13,031 nt of DNA from Candidatus Methylomirabilia bacterium (GTDB lineage: Bacteria > Methylomirabilota > Methylomirabilia > Rokubacteriales > CSP1-6), in the NCBI GenBank assembly GCA_041497895.1, contig JBGQHJ010000135.1, positions 1 to 13,031 of the forward strand, given 5' to 3'. Under the pieces are notes generated by a model. It saw nothing but the letters and a program-made list of their open reading frames with translations, had not been told where the DNA came from and made no database searches. Made by a program: the position numbers and the translations under genes. Shown in pieces: positions 1 to 8,860 of the stretch (its first letter is position 1; every line of letters begins with the position of its first letter).

Positions 1-906
1 CGCATCGCCGAGCTGCGCGCCTCCGAGGACTCGCTCGCCGCGCGCGACGAGATCGCGAAGCTCGAGGAGCGGCTCGCCCGCCAGCAGCAGCGGATCTACG
101 CGGGCCTGACCGCCTGGCAGCGCACCCAGATCGCCCGGCACCCGAAGCGCCCCCACACCCTCGACCTCGTCAACCTGCTGCTGGAGGACTGGGTCGAGCT
201 GCACGGCGATCGCGTCTTCGGCGACGACAAGGCGATCGTGGGCGGCCTCGCCACCTTCGACGGCGAGCCGGTGGTGGTGATCGGGCATCAGAAGGGGCGC
301 GACACCCGCGAGAACATCGCCCGCAACTTCGGCATGCCGCATCCGGAGGGCTACCGCAAGGCGCTCCGGCTGATGCAGCTCGCGGGCAAGTTCGGCAAGC
401 CCATCATCACCCTCATCGACACGCCGGGCGCCTACCCGGGCCTGGCCGCCGAGGAGCGGGGTCAGGCGGAGGCCATCGCGCGCAACCTGCGGGAGATGGC
501 GGGGCTACCCACCCCGATCGTGTGCGTGGTCACCGGCGAGGGCGGCAGCGGCGGCGCGCTCGCGCTCGGCGTCGGCAACCGGGTGCTGATGCTCGAGTAC
601 GCGATCTACTCGGTGATCTCGCCCGAGGGCTGCGCGGCCATCCTCTGGGGCGAGGCCGCGAAGGCGCCCGAGGCGGCCGAGCTGATGCGGGTGACCGCGC
701 CGGACCTGCTCAAGCTGGGTGTCATCGACGGGATCGTGCCGGAGCCGGTGGGGGGCGCCCACCGCAACTGGGAGGCCACCGCGGCGAGCCTGCGCGCGGC
801 GCTGCGCGAGCAACTCTGGCAGCTCAAGTCCAAGTCCGAGGCGGAGCTGATCGAGGAGCGCCAGGAGAAGTTCCGGCGGATCGGCGTCTTCGAGGAGACC
901 GTCTGA
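1..906 (+). CDS. accA: Acetyl-CoA carboxylase carboxyltransferase subunit alpha (5'-truncated by window edge)
   Basis: Frame is open from base 1 ([10 protein letters not shown]...[14 protein letters not shown]...[17 protein letters not shown]). Contains AccA motifs [53 protein letters not shown] and [17 protein letters not shown] at 904-906. Confidence 0.97.
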   Translation, partial: RIAELRASEDSLAARDEIAKLEERLARQQQRIYAGLTAWQRTQIARHPKRPHTLDLVNLLLEDWVELHGDRVFGDDKAIVGGLATFDGEPVVVIGHQKGRDTRENIARNFGMPHPEGYRKALRLMQLAGKFGKPIITLIDTPGAYPGLAAEERGQAEAIARNLREMAGLPTPIVCVVTGEGGSGGALALGVGNRVLMLEYAIYSVISPEGCAAILWGEAAKAPEAAELMRVTAPDLLKLGVIDGIVPEPVGGAHRNWEATAASLRAALREQLWQLKSKSEAELIEERQEKFRRIGVFEETV

Positions 907-927
907 GCCGTCCGATTCGCCCGGAGT

Positions 928-956
928 TTGACATGCCCGGGGGCGGATGCTACCGT
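928..956 (+). promoter_or_regulatory. Sigma70-type promoter for the miaB gene cluster
   Basis: Perfect TTGACA at 928-933, 17-bp spacer, TACCGT at 951-956 with an extended -10 TG at 948-949, in the accA-miaB gap. Confidence 0.8.
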
Positions 957-971
957 AAGTCCCGACCAATT

Positions 972-1018
972 ATGCAGAAAAATCCTCCGTGGCCGTCTCG
1001 CGCGTCGTCGATCCGCTG

Positions 1019-1019
<1 letters not shown>
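972..1019 (+). other. Possible 15-aa leader ORF (MQKNPPWPSRASSIR) whose stop overlaps the miaB start
   Basis: ATG at 972 and TGA at 1017-1019 overlapping ATG 1019-1021 (TGATG). No clear SD in front of miaB. Translation is unproven. Confidence 0.35.
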
Positions 1020-2395
<1,376 letters not shown>

Positions 2396-2409
2396 GGAGG
2401 AAGCGCACC

Positions 2410-2943
2410 ATGGTGCTGGAGATGAAAGTGAAGGGGCTCGCGCTGGATCCGCTCTCCAACATGCCCATGATCATCCTCCGCGACGAGGAAGAGAAGCGCT
2501 CCCTGCCGATCTGGGTGGGCCTCTTCGAGGCCAACGCCATCGCGCTGGAGCTGGAGAAGATCTCCACGCCGCGGCCGATGACCCACGACCTGATCAAGAA
2601 CATCCTGGAGGCGGTCGAGGCACGCGTGCAGAAGGTCGTGGTCAACGACCTGCGGGACAACACCTTCTACGCGGTGCTCCACCTCCGGCTGGGCAACGCC
2701 GAGCTCACGGTGGACTCTCGCCCCTCCGACGCGATCGCGCTGGCCTTGCGGGTGGGCGCGCCGATCTTCGTTGAGGAGGACGTCGTGCACAAGGCCCGCA
2801 CCGTCGAGGTCGCCAAGGAGACCGAGATCGGCACCGGCAAGGGCGACGACCAGGCCAAGATCAAGGAGTGGCTCGAGTCGCTCAAGCCGGGCGACTTCGA
2901 TCGGATCGAGCCCGGCAAGGACCCGAAGAGCGCGGACGAATAG
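2410..2943 (+). CDS. Bifunctional nuclease family protein (DUF151 / DNase-RNase)
   Basis: LPIWVGLFEANAIA, PRPMTHDL, DNTFYA, DSRPSDAIALALR. SD GGGAGG at 2395-2400. Confidence 0.92.
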   Translation: MVLEMKVKGLALDPLSNMPMIILRDEEEKRSLPIWVGLFEANAIALELEKISTPRPMTHDLIKNILEAVEARVQKVVVNDLRDNTFYAVLHLRLGNAELTVDSRPSDAIALALRVGAPIFVEEDVVHKARTVEVAKETEIGTGKGDDQAKIKEWLESLKPGDFDRIEPGKDPKSADE

Positions 2944-2946
2944 TGA

Positions 2947-4095
2947 ATGCGCGTCGGGCTGTTCACCAACAACTACCTGCCGTTCCGCGGCGGGGTCACG
3001 ACCGCGGTCGAGACCCTGCGGCTGGGGCTTGAGGCGCTCGGCCACCGGGCCTGGGTCTTCGCGCCGGCCGCGCAGCATCCGCACCCCGATCCGCCGTTCG
3101 TCTTCCGCTATCCGTCGATCCCCGCGCCGACGTACCCCGGCTTCTCGCTGCCGCTGCCCGTCTCCCGTCGCCTGGGGCGGGTCGCCCGCGCGCTCGAGCT
3201 CGACGTCGTCCACGTCCACCATCCGTTCCTGCTCGGGGTGACCGGCCGGAGGCTGGCCCGGGGGCAGGGGCGCCCGCTCGTCTTCACCTACCACACGCGC
3301 TACGAGAAGTACGCCCACTACGTCCCGCTGCCTCCGCGCCTGGTGCGGAGCCTCGCGGTGCGTCTCTCCTGCCGCTTCGCCGACTCGGCGGACCTGGTCG
3401 TGGCGCCCTCCGATCACGTGGCGGACACGCTGCGGCGCCGCGGCGTCCGCGCGCCGGTCGCGGTGATCCCGACCGGAGTCGACCTCGCGCTGTTCAGCCC
3501 GGGCAGCCGTGAGCGGGCGCGCCGCCGGCTCGGGCTGTCCGGCGACGGCCTGATCTGCCTCTACACCGGGCGCCTCGATCGCGAGAAGAGCCTCGAGCGC
3601 GTGCTCGACGCCTTCGAGTCGGTGGCCGCCGCGGTGTCGAGCGCGACCCTGCACCTGGTCGGGAAGGGGAGCCACGGGGCGGCGCTCGAGGCGCGGGCCG
3701 CCGCGGGGGGCGCGGGGCGCCGCGTCGTCTTCCACGGCGGGCTCAGCCGGGAGGCCCTGCCCGACTACTATCGCGCCGCCGACCTCTTCCTCTTCGCGTC
3801 GGAGACCGAGACCCAGGGCCTGGTCCTGGCCGAGGCGCACGCCTGCGGGCTCCCCGCGGTGGCGGTCCGTGCCTCCGGGGTGGACGAGGTGGTGACCGAC
3901 GGCGAGACCGGGTTCCTCACCAAGAGCGACACCGGCGAGATGGCGGACGCGGCCATCGGCCTCCTGCTCGACGCGGAGCGCCGGGTGGCGATGGGCCAGG
4001 CCGCGCGCCGGCTCGCGGAGGCGCGCTTCTCCACCGAGCGGCAGATCCACGCCATGGTCGAGCATTACGAGGCCCTGTGCCGCGGGCCGCGCTGA
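2947..4095 (+). CDS. Glycosyltransferase family 4 (GT-B; diacylglycerol glucosyltransferase-like subgroup)
   Basis: N-terminal FTNNYLPFRGGVTT, HVHHPF, FTYHTRY, IPTGVD, GRLDREK, and an Ex7E motif (ETQGLVLAEAHACG). Confidence 0.92.
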   Translation: MRVGLFTNNYLPFRGGVTTAVETLRLGLEALGHRAWVFAPAAQHPHPDPPFVFRYPSIPAPTYPGFSLPLPVSRRLGRVARALELDVVHVHHPFLLGVTGRRLARGQGRPLVFTYHTRYEKYAHYVPLPPRLVRSLAVRLSCRFADSADLVVAPSDHVADTLRRRGVRAPVAVIPTGVDLALFSPGSRERARRRLGLSGDGLICLYTGRLDREKSLERVLDAFESVAAAVSSATLHLVGKGSHGAALEARAAAGGAGRRVVFHGGLSREALPDYYRAADLFLFASETETQGLVLAEAHACGLPAVAVRASGVDEVVTDGETGFLTKSDTGEMADAAIGLLLDAERRVAMGQAARRLAEARFSTERQIHAMVEHYEALCRGPR

Positions 4096-4364
4096 TGCCG
4101 GCCACCGCCCTGGGCCGCACCCTGCGGGTGGGGCTGCAGGCCGACTGGGACCCGCACACCGCCGGCCCCGGCCACCAGGGCCTCCTGGCCTGGGACCAGC
4201 GGGTGCGGACGCTGCTTCGCGTGCTCGTGTCCTACCCGGAGGTCCGCTACATCCTGCCGGACCGGATCAGCCTGGACGCCGCCGCCGACCCGCGCACGCT
4301 CGAGACCATGGCCCGCTTCCTCGAGCGGCAGAGTTGGCTGGTGCGCCGGGTGGCGGTGACCTAG
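4095..4364 (+). CDS. Hypothetical protein, 89 aa
   Basis: ATG overlaps the GT stop (TGATG at 4093-4097). The ORF fills the gap to paaK exactly and has high-GC3 codon usage. Confidence 0.7.
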   Translation: MPATALGRTLRVGLQADWDPHTAGPGHQGLLAWDQRVRTLLRVLVSYPEVRYILPDRISLDAAADPRTLETMARFLERQSWLVRRVAVT

Positions 4365-4368
4365 CGCC

Positions 4369-5679
4369 ATGATCTGGAACCGCGAGATCGAGACCGCGCC
4401 GCGCGCGGCCCTGCGCGCGCTCCAGGCCGAGCGCCTGCGCGCCACCGTGACGCGGGCGCGGGCGCGGGTGCCCTTCTACCGCACCGCCCTCGCCGCGGCC
4501 GGCGTTCGCGACGGCGACGTCGACCTGACGCGGCTCGGCGAGCTGCCGTTCACGCGGAAGGAGGACCTGCGGGACCACTATCCGTTCGGCCTCTTCGCGG
4601 TCCCGCGCGAGGACGTGGTGCGCATCCACGCCTCCTCCGGCACGCGAGGCAAGCCCACCGTGGTCGGCTACACCCGGAGCGACCTCGAGGTGTGGCGCGA
4701 AGTGATGGCCCGCGCCCTGGCCGCGGCCGGCGCCGAGCCCGGCCAGCTCGTGCAGGTCGCCTACGGATACGGCCTCTTCACCGGCGGGCTCGGCTTCCAC
4801 GACGGCGCGGAGCACATGGGCCTCACGGTGGTGCCGGTGTCCTCCGGCAACACCCTGCGCCAGATCCTGCTGCTCCAGGACTTCCGCCCGCACGGCCTCG
4901 CCTGCACGCCCTCCTTCGCGCTCCACATCGGGGAGAGCATGCTCGAGCAGGGCCTGGACCCGCGAAAGGTCGGCCTCGCCTATGGGCTCTTCGGAGCCGA
5001 GCCGTGGACCGAGGCGATGCGGGGGCAGCTCCAGACGCTCTGGGGCTGCGCGGCGGTGGACTTCTACGGGCTCAGCGAGATGATCGGGCCCGGGGTGGCC
5101 ACCGAGTGCGTCGAGGCGCGCGACGGCCTCCACCTGAACGAGGACCACTTCCTGCCCGAGATCGTCGACCCGCGCACCGGGGCGCCGCTGTCGGACGGGC
5201 GCGAGGGCGAGCTGGTGCTGACCTCGCTCACCAAGGAGGCGCTGCCGATGATCCGCTACCGCACCGGCGACGTCACCCGGCTCGACCCCTCGCCGTGCCG
5301 CTGTGGGCGCACCACCGTGCGCATGGCCCGCATCAAGGGCCGCACCGACGACATGCTGATCATCAAGGGCGTCAACGTCTACCCGTCCCAGCTCGAGGCC
5401 GCGCTCCTCACCGTCCCGGAGCTGGCCCCGCACTACCAGCTCCTGGTGGACCGGCGCAGCGCGTTCCCGACGCTGGCCGTGCATGTGGAGCCCACGGAGC
5501 ACGTGGTGCGGGAGTGGGGCGGCTTCGAGGCGGCCCGGCCCCAGATCAGCGCGCTCTGCGCACGGGTCGCGGAGCGGCTCCGCGGCCACCTCGGGCTCAA
5601 CCCGGAGATCGCGGTGGTGGCGCCGAAGACCATCCCGCGCAGCGAAGGCAAGGCGGTGCGGGTCGTGGAAAGGAGATAG
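4369..5679 (+). CDS. paaK: Phenylacetate-CoA ligase family protein
   Basis: LPFTRKEDLRDHYPFG, HASSGTRGKP (P-loop), YGYGLFTGGLG, GAEPW, YGLSE, RYRTGD, CRCGRT, GRTDDMLIIKGVNVYPSQ, C-terminal RSEGKAVRV. Confidence 0.92.
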   Translation: MIWNREIETAPRAALRALQAERLRATVTRARARVPFYRTALAAAGVRDGDVDLTRLGELPFTRKEDLRDHYPFGLFAVPREDVVRIHASSGTRGKPTVVGYTRSDLEVWREVMARALAAAGAEPGQLVQVAYGYGLFTGGLGFHDGAEHMGLTVVPVSSGNTLRQILLLQDFRPHGLACTPSFALHIGESMLEQGLDPRKVGLAYGLFGAEPWTEAMRGQLQTLWGCAAVDFYGLSEMIGPGVATECVEARDGLHLNEDHFLPEIVDPRTGAPLSDGREGELVLTSLTKEALPMIRYRTGDVTRLDPSPCRCGRTTVRMARIKGRTDDMLIIKGVNVYPSQLEAALLTVPELAPHYQLLVDRRSAFPTLAVHVEPTEHVVREWGGFEAARPQISALCARVAERLRGHLGLNPEIAVVAPKTIPRSEGKAVRVVERR

Positions 5680-5681
5680 TC

Positions 5682-6506
5682 ATGGCCGAGCGAGACGAAG
5701 CCCGACTGCTGGCCCGCATCGAGGCGGGGGAGCGCATCGAATCCCTCGACGAGATGACGGAGGACTACCGGCAGAACCTGATCCACCTCATGACCATGCA
5801 GGCCGACTCGGAGCTGGCCGGCGGCTACGGCTACGTGCCGTGGATCGCGAAGGCGCCCGGAGTGGAGGAGAAGCACGTGGTGGCCCAGATCGTGAAGGAC
5901 GAGCTGCGCCACGCCACCGTCATGTACGGGCTCCTGGCCGACCTGGGGGTCGACGTGGATGCCCACGTGCGCGCCCACGACGAGGTGCTCACCATGCGCA
6001 TCGCGGCGGACGCGGACATCGGCACGTCCCGCATCACCGCCGACAAGCGGGTGAACATCTTCTACTACCCGATCGACACCTGGGCCGACTTCATCTTCTT
6101 CAACTTCTGCATGGACCGCGGCGCGGGGCACCAGCTGGAGGACGTGCGGACCTGCTCCTACGGGCCCTGGGTGCGCGCCATCGAGGGTATCTTCAAGGAG
6201 GAGAAGTTCCACATCCGCCACGGCGAGTTCTGGGTCAAGCGGCTGGCCGAGGATCCGAAGACCCACGACGAGGCGCAGGAGACGCTGAACCGCTGGTACA
6301 TCCGCACCATGAACATCTTCGGCCGGCCGGGCTCGGCCAAGAACGTGCTCTACCGCAAGTACCGCCTCAAGCTCCGCGACAACGACGAGGTGCGCCAGAC
6401 CTTCGCGCGCGAGGTGGCCGAGAAGGCGGGCGCGGTCGGGCTCACGCTGCCGGAGTGGACGCCGGTCTGGGACCGCCTGCCCGAAGAAGCGCAGATCCCG
6501 GGATAA
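5682..6506 (+). CDS. PaaA/BoxB-family ferritin-like diiron protein (aryl-CoA epoxidase catalytic subunit-like), 274 aa
   Basis: Likely start is ATG 5682 after SD AAGGAG; the 604-aa track ORF is over-extended. Candidate diiron ligands E44 (ADSE), E74/H77 (DELRH), D145 (MDR), E174/H177 (EEKFH). PaaA-like segments WIAKAP, NIFYYP..TWAD and SYGPW. Confidence 0.85.
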   Translation: MAERDEARLLARIEAGERIESLDEMTEDYRQNLIHLMTMQADSELAGGYGYVPWIAKAPGVEEKHVVAQIVKDELRHATVMYGLLADLGVDVDAHVRAHDEVLTMRIAADADIGTSRITADKRVNIFYYPIDTWADFIFFNFCMDRGAGHQLEDVRTCSYGPWVRAIEGIFKEEKFHIRHGEFWVKRLAEDPKTHDEAQETLNRWYIRTMNIFGRPGSAKNVLYRKYRLKLRDNDEVRQTFAREVAEKAGAVGLTLPEWTPVWDRLPEEAQIPG

Positions 6507-6509
6507 CGC

Positions 6510-7184
6510 GTGCGCCTCACCGGCATTCTCGGGCTCGGGGTCCTGGCCGTGGCCGCTCTCGCGGCGGTCGGGGGGCCGCGCCCGGCAGTCGCCCAGGGCA
6601 CGCGCCAGGTTCGGGTGCTGCTGGAGTTCCAGCAGCAGGCGCAGGGCAGCCGTCAGGGCGTGCAGGGGCAGGGGAACGTGATCGTCGAGCAGCGCAGGAG
6701 CGGTGACCCGCGGGTGCGCGGGCGCGGCGGGCTCGCGGTGGAGGACACCACCACCCGCGTCACCCGCTCGTCGGGCCTCTTCACGGTGGTGCTCGACGGC
6801 GGCGCCGGCTCGATCATGGTGGCGGACGACGTGCCGACCCCGCAGCTCGCCTATTACTACGACTACGCGACCGGCAAGGGCTACGTGGCCCAGGGGGTCG
6901 CGTGGCAGCGGGTAGGGACCGCGCTGTCGGTGCGGCCGGTGATCCTGCCCGGCAACCAGATCCGGGTCACCCTCACCCCGGTGATCAGCTACTTCACGGC
7001 CGCGGGCGGCGGCACCATCGAGGTCGTCGAGGCCGCGACCCAGCTGATCGTGCCCAACGGCGGGCGCATGCAGTTCGGCGGGAGCACCGGCAGCCTCCAC
7101 GCGGTCACCCGGCAGGTGCTGGGCTACCGCGCCGAGCAGTCGTCGCAGGACACCGCCCTGACGGTCACGGCCACGATCCAGTAG
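6510..7184 (+). CDS. Exported beta-rich protein, probable minimal secretin-like (type II/III secretion protein) domain
   Basis: Signal peptide (MRLTGILGLGVLAVAALAAV...AVA|Q). Secretin-core-like motifs VVLDGGAGSIMV..DVP, QRVGTALSVRPVI, IRVTLTP and ATQLIVPNGGRMQFGG. Confidence 0.55.
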   Translation: MRLTGILGLGVLAVAALAAVGGPRPAVAQGTRQVRVLLEFQQQAQGSRQGVQGQGNVIVEQRRSGDPRVRGRGGLAVEDTTTRVTRSSGLFTVVLDGGAGSIMVADDVPTPQLAYYYDYATGKGYVAQGVAWQRVGTALSVRPVILPGNQIRVTLTPVISYFTAAGGGTIEVVEAATQLIVPNGGRMQFGGSTGSLHAVTRQVLGYRAEQSSQDTALTVTATIQ

Positions 7185-7191
7185 AGCCGCG

Positions 7192-7494
7192 GTGACCGCC
7201 CACGCGCGACGCCAGGACGTGCCGGAGGGTCTGGCCTCGGCGCTGCGTCGCGAGCCGTGGGCGGAGGAGCTGGGCGTCGAGTACCTCGAGCTCGGGCCCG
7301 GCCTCTGCCGGGTCGCGCTCTCGATGACGATCAGCTTCCTGGCCCCGGCTCCGCCCGGCGCGCGGCTCGTCGCGGAGGCGCGCGAGCGCCGGCACGGCCG
7401 GCGCGCAGGATTCTACGACGTCACGGTCACCACCCACGCCGGCGCGGCGGTCGCGACGGTGCACTGCGTGGCCCATCGGGTGGGCTCGCCGTGA
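7192..7494 (+). pseudogene. PaaI/PaaD-type hotdog thioesterase with an in-frame internal deletion of the catalytic helix
   Basis: The N-terminal part (EPWAEELGVEYLELGPGLCRVAL) joins directly to the C-terminal part (SMTISFLAPAPPGARLVAEARE...GFYDVTVT). The N..G..HGG....LAD segment expected between them is absent. Confidence 0.7.
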
Positions 7495-8444
7495 CCATCC
7501 GCTACACCGGCAACGGCGCCTACGGCTACGCCAACAGCCTCTACATGGCGCTGCGGGAGTCCGGGGCGGCGCCCGCCGAGCTGCCCGAGCCCGGCTTCCT
7601 CGAATGCCTGACCACCATGCCCTTCGGCACGGACTACCTGCGGGTCGGCCGCGACCTGCTCGTCTACTTCAGCTCGCCGCTCGCCACCCCCGACCAGGGT
7701 CTCTCCACGGCCCTCGACGTGCTCGGCTGGGAGTGTCTCGACGAGCGCGAGGGCACCGCGGAGGCGGCGCTGGCCCGGCTCGGCGCGGCGGCCGCGCGCG
7801 GACCGGTCCTGGCCGGCCCGCTCGACATGGGCGCGCTCGGCTACATGCCGCAGCACGCGCAGATGTCGGGCAGCGATCACTTCGTGGTGGTGCTGGGCGT
7901 CGAGGGCGAGCGCGTGCGGGTGCACGATCCCGACGGCTACCCGTGCGTGGCGATGCCCGCGGTCGAGTTCCTGCGCGCGTGGCGCGCCGAGCGCGTGCGC
8001 TACGCCCAGACGCCGTACACCATGCGCTCCGCCTTCCGGCAGGCGCGCCAACCGACGCGCGAGGCCATGATCGCGCGCACGCTCGGGGCGGCCCGGGTCA
8101 GCCTGGGCGCCGACCCGGGCGGCCCCGATCGCTACGGCGGGCCGCGCGCCTTCCGGCTCCTCGCCGCGGACCTGCGCGGCACGATGGCCAAGCGGCTGGC
8201 CGGCCATCTCACGTCCTTCGCGCTGCCGCTCGCGGCCCGGCGCAGTCACGACGCGGCCGCCTTCCTGCGCGAGGCCGGCCACGCCGAGGCCGCCTCACTC
8301 CTGGAGCGGAAGGCCCAGTGCTTCGGCGAGGCCCAGTACTGGGCCGTGCAGGAGCGCTGGACCGACACCGCGGACCTCATGGACGGCCTCGCCGATCTCG
8401 AGGGCGCGCTGATCCACGCGCTCGAGCGCCCCGAGCGCGGCTGA
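7491..8444 (+). CDS. BtrH N-terminal-like / C39 papain-fold protein, 317 aa
   Basis: GTG overlaps the upstream TGA (GTGA 7491-7494). GPVLAGPLDMG.L.Y.P and DHFVVVLGVEGERVRVHDP give H130-x15-D146. The expected nucleophile position in GNGAYGYANS is Gly12. Confidence 0.65.
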   Translation: MTIRYTGNGAYGYANSLYMALRESGAAPAELPEPGFLECLTTMPFGTDYLRVGRDLLVYFSSPLATPDQGLSTALDVLGWECLDEREGTAEAALARLGAAAARGPVLAGPLDMGALGYMPQHAQMSGSDHFVVVLGVEGERVRVHDPDGYPCVAMPAVEFLRAWRAERVRYAQTPYTMRSAFRQARQPTREAMIARTLGAARVSLGADPGGPDRYGGPRAFRLLAADLRGTMAKRLAGHLTSFALPLAARRSHDAAAFLREAGHAEAASLLERKAQCFGEAQYWAVQERWTDTADLMDGLADLEGALIHALERPERG

Positions 8445-8457
8445 TCGGCCGGCCCGC

Positions 8458-8811
8458 TCAGGCTCCGTCCGCGAAGTAGGACCCGAGCGGCACGTCGGTG
8501 ACCCGCACCAGCACCGCCTTGCGGACCACGGTTCGGCGCAGCCCGGCCAGGGCCTGCATCTCCGGATCCCGCCGGGCCGCCTCGAGACCGGTCTCGGTGT
8601 CGAAGCGCAGCAGGTGGATCTCGTCCGGGGTGTCCGCATCCGGCGGTGGCTCTGGCTGGGCCACCGGGCTCCAGATCCGCTCGAAGGCACCGCCGTGTCG
8701 CTGGAAGACGGGGAGGACCCGGCGCTCGTACCCTCGGAGCGCCTCGCGCCGGCCGGGCTCGATGTAGACGAGGGCCAGATAGCGGACCGTGGCTCTCGAC
8801 GAACTTGACAT
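8458..8811 (-). CDS. DUF1330-like dimeric alpha/beta-barrel protein
   Basis: Pattern YLALVYIEPG..EALRGYERRVLPVFQRHGG...PDEIHLLRFDTE......RRDPE. The only in-frame start near the 5' end is ATG 8811, inside the dif site. Confidence 0.65.
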   Translation of the reverse strand: MSSSSRATVRYLALVYIEPGRREALRGYERRVLPVFQRHGGAFERIWSPVAQPEPPPDADTPDEIHLLRFDTETGLEAARRDPEMQALAGLRRTVVRKAVLVRVTDVPLGSYFADGA

Positions 8812-8830
8812 AATGTCTCTTATCGGACTC
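8803..8830 (-). other. dif: dif site (XerC/XerD chromosome dimer resolution site)
   Basis: Minus strand GAGTCCGATAA-GAGACA-TTATGTCAAGT has the 11-6-11 layout with inner inverted ATAA/TTAT. The XerD arm matches E. coli TTATGTTAAAT at 9/11 and equals the TTATGTCAAGT arm recalled for actinobacterial dif. It is an AT-rich island near the gene-orientation switch. Confidence 0.88.
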
Positions 8831-8860
8831 TCTGAGGAGGCGGGATCGTCTGGGTCGAGG

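Noticed and set aside
951..982. Second dif-like sequence (..CGTAA...TTATGCAGAAA)
   Set aside because: Arm spacing is not 6 bp and the match to the XerD arm is poor. It is better explained as promoter and leader sequence.
4692..5681. N-terminal extension of the 604-aa ORF, or a frameshift fusion with paaK
   Set aside because: It is an Arg/Pro/Gly-rich off-frame shadow of paaK. A proper SD and ATG exist at 5682, and paaK has its own normal C-terminus and stop.
5682..6506. MiaE (ms2i6A hydroxylase), suggested by a diiron protein in the same run as miaB
   Set aside because: Flanking motifs (WIAKAP, NIFYYP..WAD, SYGPW..EEKFH) are PaaA-type and the gene directly follows paaK.
8805..8817. TTGACA as a + strand -35 box, and GACAT-A-ATGTC as a transcription-factor palindrome
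   Set aside because: No -10 at 17 bp (CTCTCT) and no credible + gene downstream. Both are explained as parts of the dif site.
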